A stretch of 64,000 nucleotides of DNA, taken from the NCBI GenBank assembly GCA_000004985.1, contig GG738862.1; one strand, written 5' to 3'. The translations under genes and the position numbers were made by a program. Every line of letters begins with the position of its first letter. Positions within the stretch are counted from its first letter, which is position 1. Of the stretch, positions 22,176 through 33,100 are shown in pieces. This DNA comes from Naegleria gruberi. Lineage: Eukaryota. Below the pieces are notes generated by a model. The model was not told the origin of the DNA. It was given only the letters and a program-made list of their open reading frames with translations, and did not search any database.

Positions 22176-24035
22176 ATGTATCAAAGGAAAGCATTGATAA
22201 CTAACCAATCAATCCTTAGTGTCAGTTTGCTGCTAGTTTGTTTACTGGCATTAAGTATTTTGCATGTTCCATCATCTGTTTTGTGTGCTTCCTCAAGTAG
22301 CTCATCAAGTAATGGAACTGTGAGAGAATGGCTCAATGACTTGAATGATCAAGCTGCTAATCTACAATCCTCTGCTTCAAGATTGCAAAAAGCTATTGCA
22401 ATTTTGAGTATGGCCAACAATACAGCATCCATCATCAGCATGAGAAATGCCCAGCTAAAGAAGATTAATTCTGCACTTGACATGATTAATCAAGAAATTT
22501 CAATCTTTAAAATCACCTGCAGTAATAATGATGGTCCTGATTGTAGCATTCCAGTATGTGTATCAAAGTGTTTGAACTGCTCTGGACCTGGAAAGTGTGG
22601 TGTTTGTTCTGGTAATTTTGATGGAAGTGATTGCTCTGCATGTAAATCTGGATGGAGTAATTACAATAGCAATTGTACTGTTCCAATTTGTGATTCTAAA
22701 TGTATTATTTGTCAATCACCTGGAAACTGTACCAATTGCTCTGGTAATTATGATGGTTCTGTATGTTCATCATGCAAATCAGGATGGAATGGTTCTAATT
22801 GTTCAACACCTATTTGTGATTCTAAATGTGTAACTTGTCTCTCACCAGGAAACTGTACTAATTGCTCTGGTAATTGGACTGGATCTGCCTGTTCTATTCC
22901 TGTATGTGATTCCAAATGTTTGAATTGTTCAGCACCTAGTGTTTGTTCTCAATGTTCTGGTAATTGGGTTGGTTTAACTTGTTCAGTATGTCAGACAGGA
23001 TGGACAGGAGCAACTTGTTCAACACCAGTATGTGATTCCAAATGTACAACCTGTGCATCTCCTGGTGTTTGCTCAGTTTGTTCTGGTAATTGGCAAGGAT
23101 CTACATGTTCCACATGTAAGACAGGATGGACAGGAGCAACTTGTTCAACACCAATTTGTGATTCCAAATGTACAACCTGTGCATCTCCTGGTCAGTGTTC
23201 TGTGTGTTCTGCTGGTTGGACAGGAGCAACTTGTTCAACACCAGTTTGTGATTCTAAATGTACAACATGTGCATCTCCTGGTCAGTGTTCTGTGTGTTCT
23301 TCTGGTTGGACAGGAGCAACTTGTTCAACACCAGTTTGTGATTCCAAATGTACAACATGTACATCTCCTGGTGTTTGCTCAGTTTGTTCTGGTAACTGGG
23401 ATGGTCCTTCATGTTCTGTGTGTAAAACTAGTTGGACAGGTTCATCTTGCAATCTCGCTCTTGGTGATTTTGCAAACTCACCATTATTCTCCGCTAGTTA
23501 TGGAGCTAGGTTGATCACATCTATTTTGAGTGGCGTTATGAAGAAAACACCAACCAGACTCTATAGAGCCATGGCAACTTATGGTATGGGAATTGGTTAT
23601 GGCTATCATCCTTACGCTTTCCATAATGCCTGCAATGGTTATTCTTCAACAGTTACAATTGTGAAAACATCAGCAGGGGCTGTATTTGGTGCCTATCTAA
23701 GCATTCCATGGGAAGATTATAATGCTGGGGATACAACAACTCGTAAGACATTTTCAGATCCTAATGCATTTCTATTTAGTATGGTAACATCGAGCGGTGT
23801 GGAGAGATTTGTGAAATTGGGTTATTCTGGAGCTGTTGGACAAACTGTTACATACAATTTTATAACACATCCATTGTTTGGAGCGTCGGATATTTATTTG
23901 GGACAAGGGATGAGCTATCAGCCAGCACCTGATGCTTATTCGAAACCAGCAACTTTTCAACCTTTGGAACCTAACTGGAGTTATGGAACTACATATTCAT
24001 TCACTGTTTCTGATTATGAAGTGTATAGTATTTAA
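22176..24035 (+). CDS. Secreted Cys-rich (EGF/laminin-EGF-like repeat) protein with C-terminal TLDc domain
   Basis: Signal peptide (LLLVCLLALSILHV). At least 10 repeats of CxSKCxxCxSPGxCxxCSGNWxGxxCSxCKxGWxGxxCSTPxCD. The C-terminal region LYRAMATYG...AFHNACNG...VTIVKTSAGAVFGAYLSIPW...AFLFSM...SFTVSDYEVYSI fits the TLDc pattern. Confidence 0.75.
   Translation: MYQRKALITNQSILSVSLLLVCLLALSILHVPSSVLCASSSSSSSNGTVREWLNDLNDQAANLQSSASRLQKAIAILSMANNTASIISMRNAQLKKINSALDMINQEISIFKITCSNNDGPDCSIPVCVSKCLNCSGPGKCGVCSGNFDGSDCSACKSGWSNYNSNCTVPICDSKCIICQSPGNCTNCSGNYDGSVCSSCKSGWNGSNCSTPICDSKCVTCLSPGNCTNCSGNWTGSACSIPVCDSKCLNCSAPSVCSQCSGNWVGLTCSVCQTGWTGATCSTPVCDSKCTTCASPGVCSVCSGNWQGSTCSTCKTGWTGATCSTPICDSKCTTCASPGQCSVCSAGWTGATCSTPVCDSKCTTCASPGQCSVCSSGWTGATCSTPVCDSKCTTCTSPGVCSVCSGNWDGPSCSVCKTSWTGSSCNLALGDFANSPLFSASYGARLITSILSGVMKKTPTRLYRAMATYGMGIGYGYHPYAFHNACNGYSSTVTIVKTSAGAVFGAYLSIPWEDYNAGDTTTRKTFSDPNAFLFSMVTSSGVERFVKLGYSGAVGQTVTYNFITHPLFGASDIYLGQGMSYQPAPDAYSKPATFQPLEPNWSYGTTYSFTVSDYEVYSI
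23030..23400 (+). repeat. Near-identical in-frame 87-nt tandem repeats inside the Cys-rich gene
   Basis: gcaacttgttcaacaccagtttgtgattc(c/t)aaatgtacaac(a/c)tgtgcatctcctggtcagtgttctgtgtgttct repeats about four times, encoding ATCSTPVCDSKCTTCASPGQCSVCS(A/S)GWTG. Confidence 0.8.
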
Positions 24036-24214
24036 ATTCAAACAATAAAAGATTCTTCATGAGCCATTAAAATAATGTGATGAAATTCCAACTTGGAAAT
24101 CTTGCTGATTTTCAACTGCATTTATTTATTTTTGATGTGTTTCAAACGAAACGACATCACTTCTACCAAGTTTATTATTTATAAAACAATAATGATGTAA
24201 ACTAACAAATCAAT

Positions 24215-24946
24215 TTATTGAGACAAACATTGATTAATGGATGGACATTGAGATGGAAGAATAAAATTAGCATTATCCACCTTTTCAATCATGTCATAAA
24301 AAACTTGTTCTTGAGAAGCATTCGAAACTACAACATACGAGCTCAATAACCAACACTTATTGGAGGTCATTTGTGGTTCTCTGAATGTCCACATGGTTCC
24401 AGTGGATCCGTTTTGAGAAGAAACAACTTTCAATGCATCATAATTACCAATCTTTCCTTTTGTAATCTTTCCATTGGATGCTGGAATGCAAATTGAATTC
24501 CATTGATTGAAATCTGAAACCTTTCTACAAACACATTGACCATCTCTTAAACCATACAAAACAGTTACTGTAGAACTAATCTTGATATCCCAATTGGTGT
24601 AATTGAAAACAACTCCATCAACTGTATAACTGATATCTTGTCTCATCTTTCCAGTATTGTAATCTGCTGAAACTTTAAAGTTTCCATCGTAATGTTGTAA
24701 AGTGTTATTGGACAAGACAGCAATTTGATTGAAACTTCCTTTCAAAGAAAAGACATTTGGCAAACAACAAATATTTGAATCAGATGGAGCTCTCTTATTG
24801 AAAGCAGAACTTTCGAATAATTGATTGAAAACAAACATTGGAGAAGCAGCGTGGCACATTGAAGCCATGGTTGCAACAACAAGTAAGAATGAAAGAATTG
24901 TTAGTTTCAACATTTTTTTTGGTATGAGAAATTGTAAGATATTCAA
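24215..24946 (-). CDS. Secreted hypothetical protein (243 aa)
   Basis: N-terminal signal peptide (LTILSFLLVVATMASMCHA), several Cys and N-glycosylation sequons. No recognisable domain. Confidence 0.5.
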   Translation of the reverse strand: MNILQFLIPKKMLKLTILSFLLVVATMASMCHAASPMFVFNQLFESSAFNKRAPSDSNICCLPNVFSLKGSFNQIAVLSNNTLQHYDGNFKVSADYNTGKMRQDISYTVDGVVFNYTNWDIKISSTVTVLYGLRDGQCVCRKVSDFNQWNSICIPASNGKITKGKIGNYDALKVVSSQNGSTGTMWTFREPQMTSNKCWLLSSYVVVSNASQEQVFYDMIEKVDNANFILPSQCPSINQCLSQ

Positions 24947-25038
24947 ATTATTTTACTAATTTATACATTTTCAAATTGGAAACTCAATCGAAACAATTTA
25001 ATTGATCAATCTTGAAACTTTAGTTGAAAGAATAAAAA

Positions 25039-25156
25039 GACTACAGCACCACAGGTTCCCAAGTTGTCTCCAACCTCAGTACTGATGTGGCTCGACGATG
25101 CTTAACTTCTCAAATCGGACGGGATGAGGTGCATTCATCGTGATATGGCCGTAGCC
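25039..25156 (-). rRNA. 5S ribosomal RNA gene (copy 3, minus strand)
   Basis: Exact reverse complement of the 5S sequence. The upstream box is present but carries a ~20-nt insertion (tgatgaaagattattataaa) between box and gene. A T-run terminator follows on the minus strand. Confidence 0.85.
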
Positions 25157-26085
25157 ATTCTTTATAATAATCTTTCATCATTCAATTCCTTAATCTTTTA
25201 CTCTTCAATTAATAATTTTACTAAAATTGCAAAAGGAAAAAGAGTACGTGACAAATTGTTGCCAAAAGGTTTGTTGTTCTTTCTGGATAGGATTTGAAAT
25301 TGAAAGAACAAGAAGAACATCACTGCTAGATAACATCACGGAGATGTATTTATTGGTGTCTTGATGAAGATTGATGAAGTAGATGATGAATAATTATTGT
25401 TGGGAAGACATGTGAAAATTCAACTTTCCAATCTTTGGAAAATTGCTGAAAAACATTGCAAATCTACCTTTCCTGTTGTGATTTAATAACAAATCTTGTT
25501 CGTCCTGTTGAAATTGAACAAGTTTTCCAGTGCTGTTTTTGGCTGTGAAAATTAACGGTCAAACTTTCATCTTCTCCAACTCTACATCTGCTTGAAGGAA
25601 AATTTTGAAACTTTCTGGTATGATGCTAATTAACATTTAGAACAAGCCTAGGATGTTCTTGTTGCTTTTGATGATGTTCTTCATGATGAAAATATTAAAA
25701 TTATTAATTTGATGAAAATATTCTTAAAGTAATACAATCGCACCCATTTGATTGTTATATCATTGCTGTATACTAATGGATGATGTGGGTTTTACTTCTC
25801 CAACTCGACAAAATGTTCCATCAATTTAATCGGTGCCTTTTAAAATTTGTAATTCATGTTGAAATACAACAAAATTAATTCCCACATGTTCCATATTATC
25901 CTATCCTCTTGTTCTGAAAATATTTTCCGCAGTGTCGAAGAATTGCCTTTGAAAATCAGCAATGATGAAAACTGTAGCAGAGTGATGAAATTTTTTCCTC
26001 TTTTTTTTTGCTTGCACTTTCTTTCATCAAACTTCATTTAATGCAAAAACTCGGCAAAGATTTTCATTTACATATGTAACGGTTT

Positions 26086-27129
26086 TTGAAGAATAAAAAA
26101 AAGATTTTAATAATTTTCGAAAAAATGAGTAGGATCGGGAAAGTGTGGTCATTGTTCGATCATTTTTGCGATTTATTAGCATCTCATCACGCAATACTAA
26201 ATGAGGAACCATTTGTAAATTTCCCTACTACTTCACTATCGGTCAGCCAAAAGCTTTTTGAAGATTTTAAACAATACACCACCCACCATAGAGATTATAA
26301 AGGGTTTCCTACAAGAAAAGGACATAAAAAGAACAAGTCTCTTCTTCCGAAGAACACAACAATGCCAAAGAATCACGAAGGTATTGTTAAAATGTTCAAT
26401 AATTTCTTCAATGCAAAGAAATCTTACATTCAAGAAAAACTCGAGGAAGATAAAAAGAACGGCCCTACCATTGCAGGTGTTGTTGAAGTTGTTGAGTGTG
26501 ATAAAGATGACAATGAGCAAGAATTATCAGATGACGAGGTTGTTGTGGATCCCAATGACGAAGATGTTGAAAAGAAATCATATTCTGTCTCGAACGAATC
26601 AGTAACAAGTATAATTAAGAAAGATATGAATGAATTAAAATCCAAACAGAGGAAAATATCTGACATTCAAGACTATGAAATTGAAGAAAAGCCCTTAAAG
26701 ATTAAAAAGAAAGAACTTGTTAAACAACAAGACCAGCAGGCCAATCTATGCAGAGGTGCTATTATAACATTAAAGAAAGAGGCAAAGCAAGCTATTGATA
26801 TTGATACAGAATCTCAAGATAAGAATATGACACAAACAAAGCTGTGTGTTCAAAAGATAGAACAAGTGTTAGAAGAAACTGTACCTATAATTGAAAAAGA
26901 AGCAAAAGAACTTCAACAAAGAAAAGAAAAAGTATTGGCTGAATTACAAAAAGAAGAAGAACGTATCAAATTAAGCATGGGACTTGTAACTACTGCTTCT
27001 CAATTCAAAGAACATTTGGTTGGTTTTATTCATGAGAAGGAAATAGAGTTTGCTAAATTGGAACAACAAGAGGAGGAGAACTTGAACGATTTTTATGCAA
27101 ATCTGTTCAAAAACTCAAACAATAAATGA
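26086..27129 (+). CDS. Hypothetical Lys/Glu-rich coiled-coil protein
   Basis: 347-aa ORF. The C-terminal half, EKEAKELQQRKEKVLAELQKEEERIKLS, is predicted coiled coil. Confidence 0.45.
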   Translation: MKNKKKILIIFEKMSRIGKVWSLFDHFCDLLASHHAILNEEPFVNFPTTSLSVSQKLFEDFKQYTTHHRDYKGFPTRKGHKKNKSLLPKNTTMPKNHEGIVKMFNNFFNAKKSYIQEKLEEDKKNGPTIAGVVEVVECDKDDNEQELSDDEVVVDPNDEDVEKKSYSVSNESVTSIIKKDMNELKSKQRKISDIQDYEIEEKPLKIKKKELVKQQDQQANLCRGAIITLKKEAKQAIDIDTESQDKNMTQTKLCVQKIEQVLEETVPIIEKEAKELQQRKEKVLAELQKEEERIKLSMGLVTTASQFKEHLVGFIHEKEIEFAKLEQQEEENLNDFYANLFKNSNNK

Positions 27130-27187
27130 AAGCGAGTAATGGCCTAAAATTGGTGTAAATTTCCAAAAACGTTTGGCTAATGGACTT

Positions 27188-30100
27188 TTATTTAAAAACA
27201 ATTTTCTGATTGTTAATTAAAACATTGTAAAGATGAGAAAGTTCAAAGAGACACGACTTGTCACGAATGTTAATAATTGTCCTCAAATATTTCACTGCAT
27301 CCCTATTAAATATTCTACACTTGTACAAGAGTGGAAGTCCTTCAAGAGATTCTCTTGAAATAAGTCCAAATTCATCAATAATTGATTGTTGGAATAATTC
27401 CTCTTCCTTAGAGTTTGGTGCATAGGGTTTTGGAGCTATTCCCAAGAATTTACAGAACTCATCTTGTTCTAATTGATTGGCAAAATAGAGAGATCCAGCA
27501 AATATGTGAATGTCAGTCAACAAGTTCAGTAATACCTTGTCAGCAATTTCAAAGTTATTATTTGGTACACTCCATGCTGGTTCATCAATCATGATACGAG
27601 AGGTAGGACTTGTTCGTGAGCAGAACATGAGTATACGAGTTGGTGAAAATTTGTCCAACTTTTGAATATAATGATTAGCCTCTTCTGGACTCAAAATGAT
27701 AATTGTTTGTGAGTATTCACTGTAGGCCAGCCAAGTGACGGGTTTGAAGAATGGACTATTCTTGGAAGCATTCGAAACAGTTTTGAGGTAATTGTCAGTG
27801 GCATAAATGTTGTGATTCCAATTGATTGGAGAGGCCAATAGAGTTTCTTCCAAAGATTCAGATAATGGACGGGCTTTAAGTGGTTGAATGGAGACATCAT
27901 ATTCCTCTTGGAGAATGCCCTTCTTCATGAATAACTCCAAGGTATCGTCAATTACAGTAGCTGCAGGATCACATTTTTGAGGTCTCTCTACAATTCTTTG
28001 CTCTTCCAATTCATTTTCCAATTCTCTTTCCTGTTCCTCGTTGAGTATTTGTGAAAAGATAGTTTTAGAGTGAGCTCTCTTATTAATATTTGCTCTAATT
28101 AATTCCAAAGAAGGAGAAATATCTATGGAAAAGAGTTTTGAAATGTGAAGGGCTCTCTTTTCAAAGATACTGAGAAGGTATTGTTCATATCTTTCCTGTC
28201 CATAAAAATCACTAATTTTGAATAATTCATTTTCAGTGCACTGCTCTGCATATTCATCCATTTTAAGCTTGGCATCATATTCGGTTTTGGCAATTTTTTT
28301 AGAGTAGAAGAGCAATCCACTAGTTGACCATTGTAGATAGTGATCATTTTCCATTTGTACTCTATTGTGAATGGACCATTTCAATATTCTTTCTTGGATT
28401 GTAAGCTGTTGTGAAAAATTGTCATTAATAAAACGATCAACTTCTTGACTTGCCCAGAAGGCAACAGAGTGTCCTTTTCCTAATAATCTCATTCTCATAC
28501 AGGCTTGGCATAGTCTCTCAAATGTAAGACCATTACCCAGTGTTACGGCTGCTTTCATTCCAGTAGGGAATTTGAGATCTGTACCTCTTGTGTGAATATC
28601 ATCAAGATAAATCAAACATCTTTCCAATTTGTTCTTATAGGGAGATATTTCGAATGGAATTATCAAACCATTTCTATCCAAAACAACCAATTGATCTTGG
28701 GTGTTGAAAAATACAGCTGCATCTGCAACTTGTTCAGTCACAGAGTTTAACCAGTATTTGCAAAGATTCATATTACTCATTTCAAGCATGAGCGCTCCCA
28801 CATCAATTAATACTCGTTGGTTATTAGCATTCAATTCAGATATAAAGTTAGTAATCTCTGCTTGTTTGACAACATGATATTCTTCATTCTCTTTAGAGAG
28901 GAGAATTTTCAATAATTCTCCAGTAGTTCCCCTAAGGGAAGGAAGCTCATTTTCCTTAATGGTGATTGGCAAAAGGAATGCCTTCGTTCCAGAGAATCCA
29001 CAAGTAGGGAATTTACTTTCCTTACAAAGATTCCAAGCTGATGCTGAAATCTTTCTATCAAACTGTTTACATTCTCTTGAGAATACAGCTCGATTGAGGA
29101 AAAAGTCAATCACTGCCATGTTATTTCTTAAAGCTGGGTATAAAACTTGTGTCTTTTGAATAAAGTCTTCCAAGTTAATGCTCTTGTAATGTTTGATTGA
29201 TTCGGGAATATTTTTCATTTCATAGACCCATTTCTCATATTCCACATCGGGAGATTCTATTCTTTGAAGGAATTGGAAAACCACATCTAATTGTTCATTA
29301 GTCAATCCAGAATAATAATAACTCAATAATGTTAAAAGAATTGCAATATCTGGATGCCCAAACTCGGCTCTATCAGAAGGGCAATCCTTAGCTCTGTAAG
29401 GAACAGCCACCAATCTCTTGATATTAGGATTGACTCCATAATTAACTCTCCATCTCTTATTGAGCGAGTGATACAATAATCCAAAAGCAAATATACCTCT
29501 CATTAATAAAATTTCCGATTTTAAAATATCATTTGACATGGTAGAAAGAATATCCAACTCAGTTTGTGAAATGGTTTCTGCTGTTAATATCTTCTTAATA
29601 TTTTCTCGGTCGTTCAATTTGTAAGGAATGAAAATTTCACTTGCCCTTCCTTCTAAAATATCATCTACAATTAAATCAACTAATTGATTGTAAGATGTCT
29701 TATCTAAAACTCTAAAATAAGGGAAAGTATGAGAATCTCCTCTAGTAAAGAATTCAACATGTGAAGCGCCAAGTTTGTTGAATAAACTTTCAGCATGCTT
29801 TCTAACAATTCTCATAATTTTTTGAGGTAATATCCATCTCAGATTTCCCATATCCAAATCTTTTTGTTCTCCCACAGTATAAATTAATTGATATCTAACA
29901 TGAAGAATTTCATCACTTTCATCGAGAATATCTCTGCAGTGTTTTTCGAAATAGTCTTGTAATCTCAAATAATCGTGAGCAATTGATTCCTTAGCAATTG
30001 CTTTTTCAATTCCTTTCAATTCAAATGACAATCTATATTCTGGAACAGTGATAAGAATGCTCCTTTCCTTTTCCATTACTTCCAATACACTTCTAATAGT

Positions 30101-33100
30101 CTTTAAATCTGTTGCAGTAATTTTCAAATCTCTGCTAAATGGTAGATAGATTACCTTTCTATTAAGAATTCCACCAAGTTTAAATGAAAGATATGTATAA
30201 TTGGTCTGGAGTAATTGTTTTAGTACAGTCAATCGAGGAATTTGTGCTTCGTTAAATGCAAGGACTAACATTGGAATAATTACCGATGTTTTGCCTTCTC
30301 CCATATTGAATTGGAGAACCATGTTTGTACTTGAGGAAAGCATGTGATTTGCAACTTCATATTGTCTTGGTCTAATCATCAAATCGAGTTCAATTTCCAA
30401 TAATAACCATTGGGGGAACTTTTTAGGGCTCCAATTAACATGTCCACTATTTTCAAGTTCTCTATCAAATTGTACCTTCTTATTTGGATCATTGTTCATA
30501 AGTTTCAATCTGTTGTATCGTTGTTCCAAAGTTGTTAATACAGCAAGAGCTCCAATCAAGTCTTTACAACCACAATACTGTTCAGTATCTGATATCAAAT
30601 CCTGGAATAACAGATATGGGCATAAACGATTTGAAATTCCACATTCTGCTATTGCTGATTTTGCAGTATCGGAAAAATTAGAAAGTTTACATTCCAGAGC
30701 TTTCCAAATTTTTTCTTTCAATTCCAATATGACAGAAATATTAGGCAGTTGTGCTGAGGTTACTTGGTTTGGGTTATTGGCTGTCAAATAACTGCCCTCC
30801 AGGTCTAGAATGTACTCGTTGTAAAGAGGGTCATGAGAGTCATGTGAAAATAATTGAACATCATGCTCCAAGGTTTTGATTACATCCTTCTCACAATATG
30901 GTGATATGTCACCTTTTTCAAAAATGTATTTAGCCATTTCTGGAACATCAGCTAATCCAAAAACAAGCTTATTTCCATCTTCTTGTACCTTGGTAAAATT
31001 CTGAATATCAAATGTTTGATTTGTTTCGTTTGGCTGTAAATTCTCCATTGTAATGTTGACTATTGTTATGTCACCTTTAGCATTATTCATCATATTTTGG
31101 AGAACTGATTTAATACCTTGTAAAAATTTTTGAACTCGTTCTCTATTGTAAAGTGTAGATAAATAGTTATTGATATGATCGACAGCTTCACTCTTATCAA
31201 TAAAATTTAATCTTCCAAATTTGTTTTTCTCCATTAATTGCTCCTTATTGAATGCTATTTCAGCAAACCTTAGGCATGTTCTAATATCATTATTAAACGT
31301 TTCATGGTCATCCTCATCATCAAATGTTAGTCTACTATTTGCCGCTTTCAATAAATTTATAACGTCATCTTCATCAAAATCAGTACATTCCAAATCATCA
31401 ACACTTGAAAAAATTAAAGGTGAATGTTGATTTCTAAAAGAATTGGCAAATAAATTAATAATCATGAAACAAGCCAACATTTTCTTTTTTTCTGGGAATA
31501 CATAACCGAGATAAGATATGAAAACTTTGAAATCGGCAGGTGTTTGAGTTTTGGCTGCTTCATAGAGTGTGAGGAAATCATCTTCGAGGTCAATATTTTT
31601 CCAATCATACAGGAAGTTCTCCACTTTTTTTTCTGGATTGAACGAGGACACTGAATTGATAAGTTCAACTGCTGAAATTTTCTGAAAATTATTTTTTGAA
31701 ATAGATGCCAAGTACTTGCAAGCAACATAGGATGTCATTGAAGAGATCTTGATTGTTTCAACATAATTGACATCTTTTTGAGAACTAATTCTTAAACGTA
31801 CAATAGGATTGTAATAATTAAGGTAGGCTTTGTAATACCTTCTTGCCAAGAAGAGAGGATCTTCCTCGTCACTCTTTTTAACACTACTGCCACTTTCCCC
31901 GTCTAGGAAAATTGTCTCCTCTGACTTTTTAACAATAGAGTCCACAATTAGTTTGTAAGCATCCAAAAGACATAAACTTGATAAATTTGTTTTAGGCCAT
32001 GTTATCTTCTCATTGACTTTCATTTTTGGTGGATGGAAGCTTCTGTCAGGAGAAATAGATGAAATGGCCTCTAGTAGAGAGGTTTCCAATTTTGAGAGAG
32101 GTCTCATTGGCCAACATCTTGCAGATTTCAAAATTTTGAGAGCTGATTCATAACCTGTTAATTTTGTGAATGGATCGACTATTACAGAGCTGGTGATACC
32201 ATGAAGAAGTGCCAAAAAAAGCCAGGACGATAAGCTATCATTAGCTTCTAATTGCCACATGTACTCATTAACAGAATAGGTGAAATAAGGAGTATCTATT
32301 GATTTAGTCATATCGATACGTGTTAAATGGTGATGTTTGAATTTTTCTGTTGAAATTTCACCATTTGGTACAAGCACAATCTTTTTAGAAGAGTTTGGAT
32401 TTTCGTCCTTCAGCATTATGGCATTAGAAAGTCCAATTAATGTACCACAATAAAATGAATCGCAAACTATCATTGAAAACTCCTTTGATCGTAAATAGCT
32501 GTTGTTCACCAATTCAAAGTGAAGTCCCAAACGTGGAAGTTCCACTAACACTTCATCATTATTTGCAAATATATGAATATTATGTTTGAGTTCAATTCTT
32601 GAAATTGATTTCAATACTTCTGTATACGTTTCTCCAAAATAATTCATGAGTACTCTTTCAGTACCAACTTCTTTCAATTTCTTTTCTGTGACATCGAGTT
32701 TGTAAGCAATGCTACTTTTAAATTTTGGAGAAAAGAAAGAAATAGGTCTGAAAAGCACACAATTAGTTGTAACATCATACCAATGACTGTAGTTTTCCAC
32801 AAATTGAGCTGGAAGATCATATTCAAAAATTTTGTGAGACAATAAAATAGATGTTTCAGAGCCATGCTTCAGAATGAATTGCATACTTTTTCTAAACTCC
32901 AGTTGACAGCCGTCAATATCGTACGATGTCACAAAAGCATCTGGACGTGTGGCTTGTTGCACATCAAACACAAAATTACCAAACACTCTCTTATACTTTG
33001 CATCTGCTGTGATAGGATCAGGAAGTCTTCCAATTGGATTTCCATTGACAAGGAATGTTCCTCTAACAATATTGAAGGCAATTGCTGTAAATCCCGAATC

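Noticed and set aside
22597-23514. ORFs 22597-22833 and 23032-23514 (hydrophobic Val/Leu/His-rich) on the + strand
   Set aside because: They are alternative-frame readings of the repetitive Cys-rich coding sequence of the 22176 gene. Their low complexity mirrors the repeat structure, so they are not independent genes.
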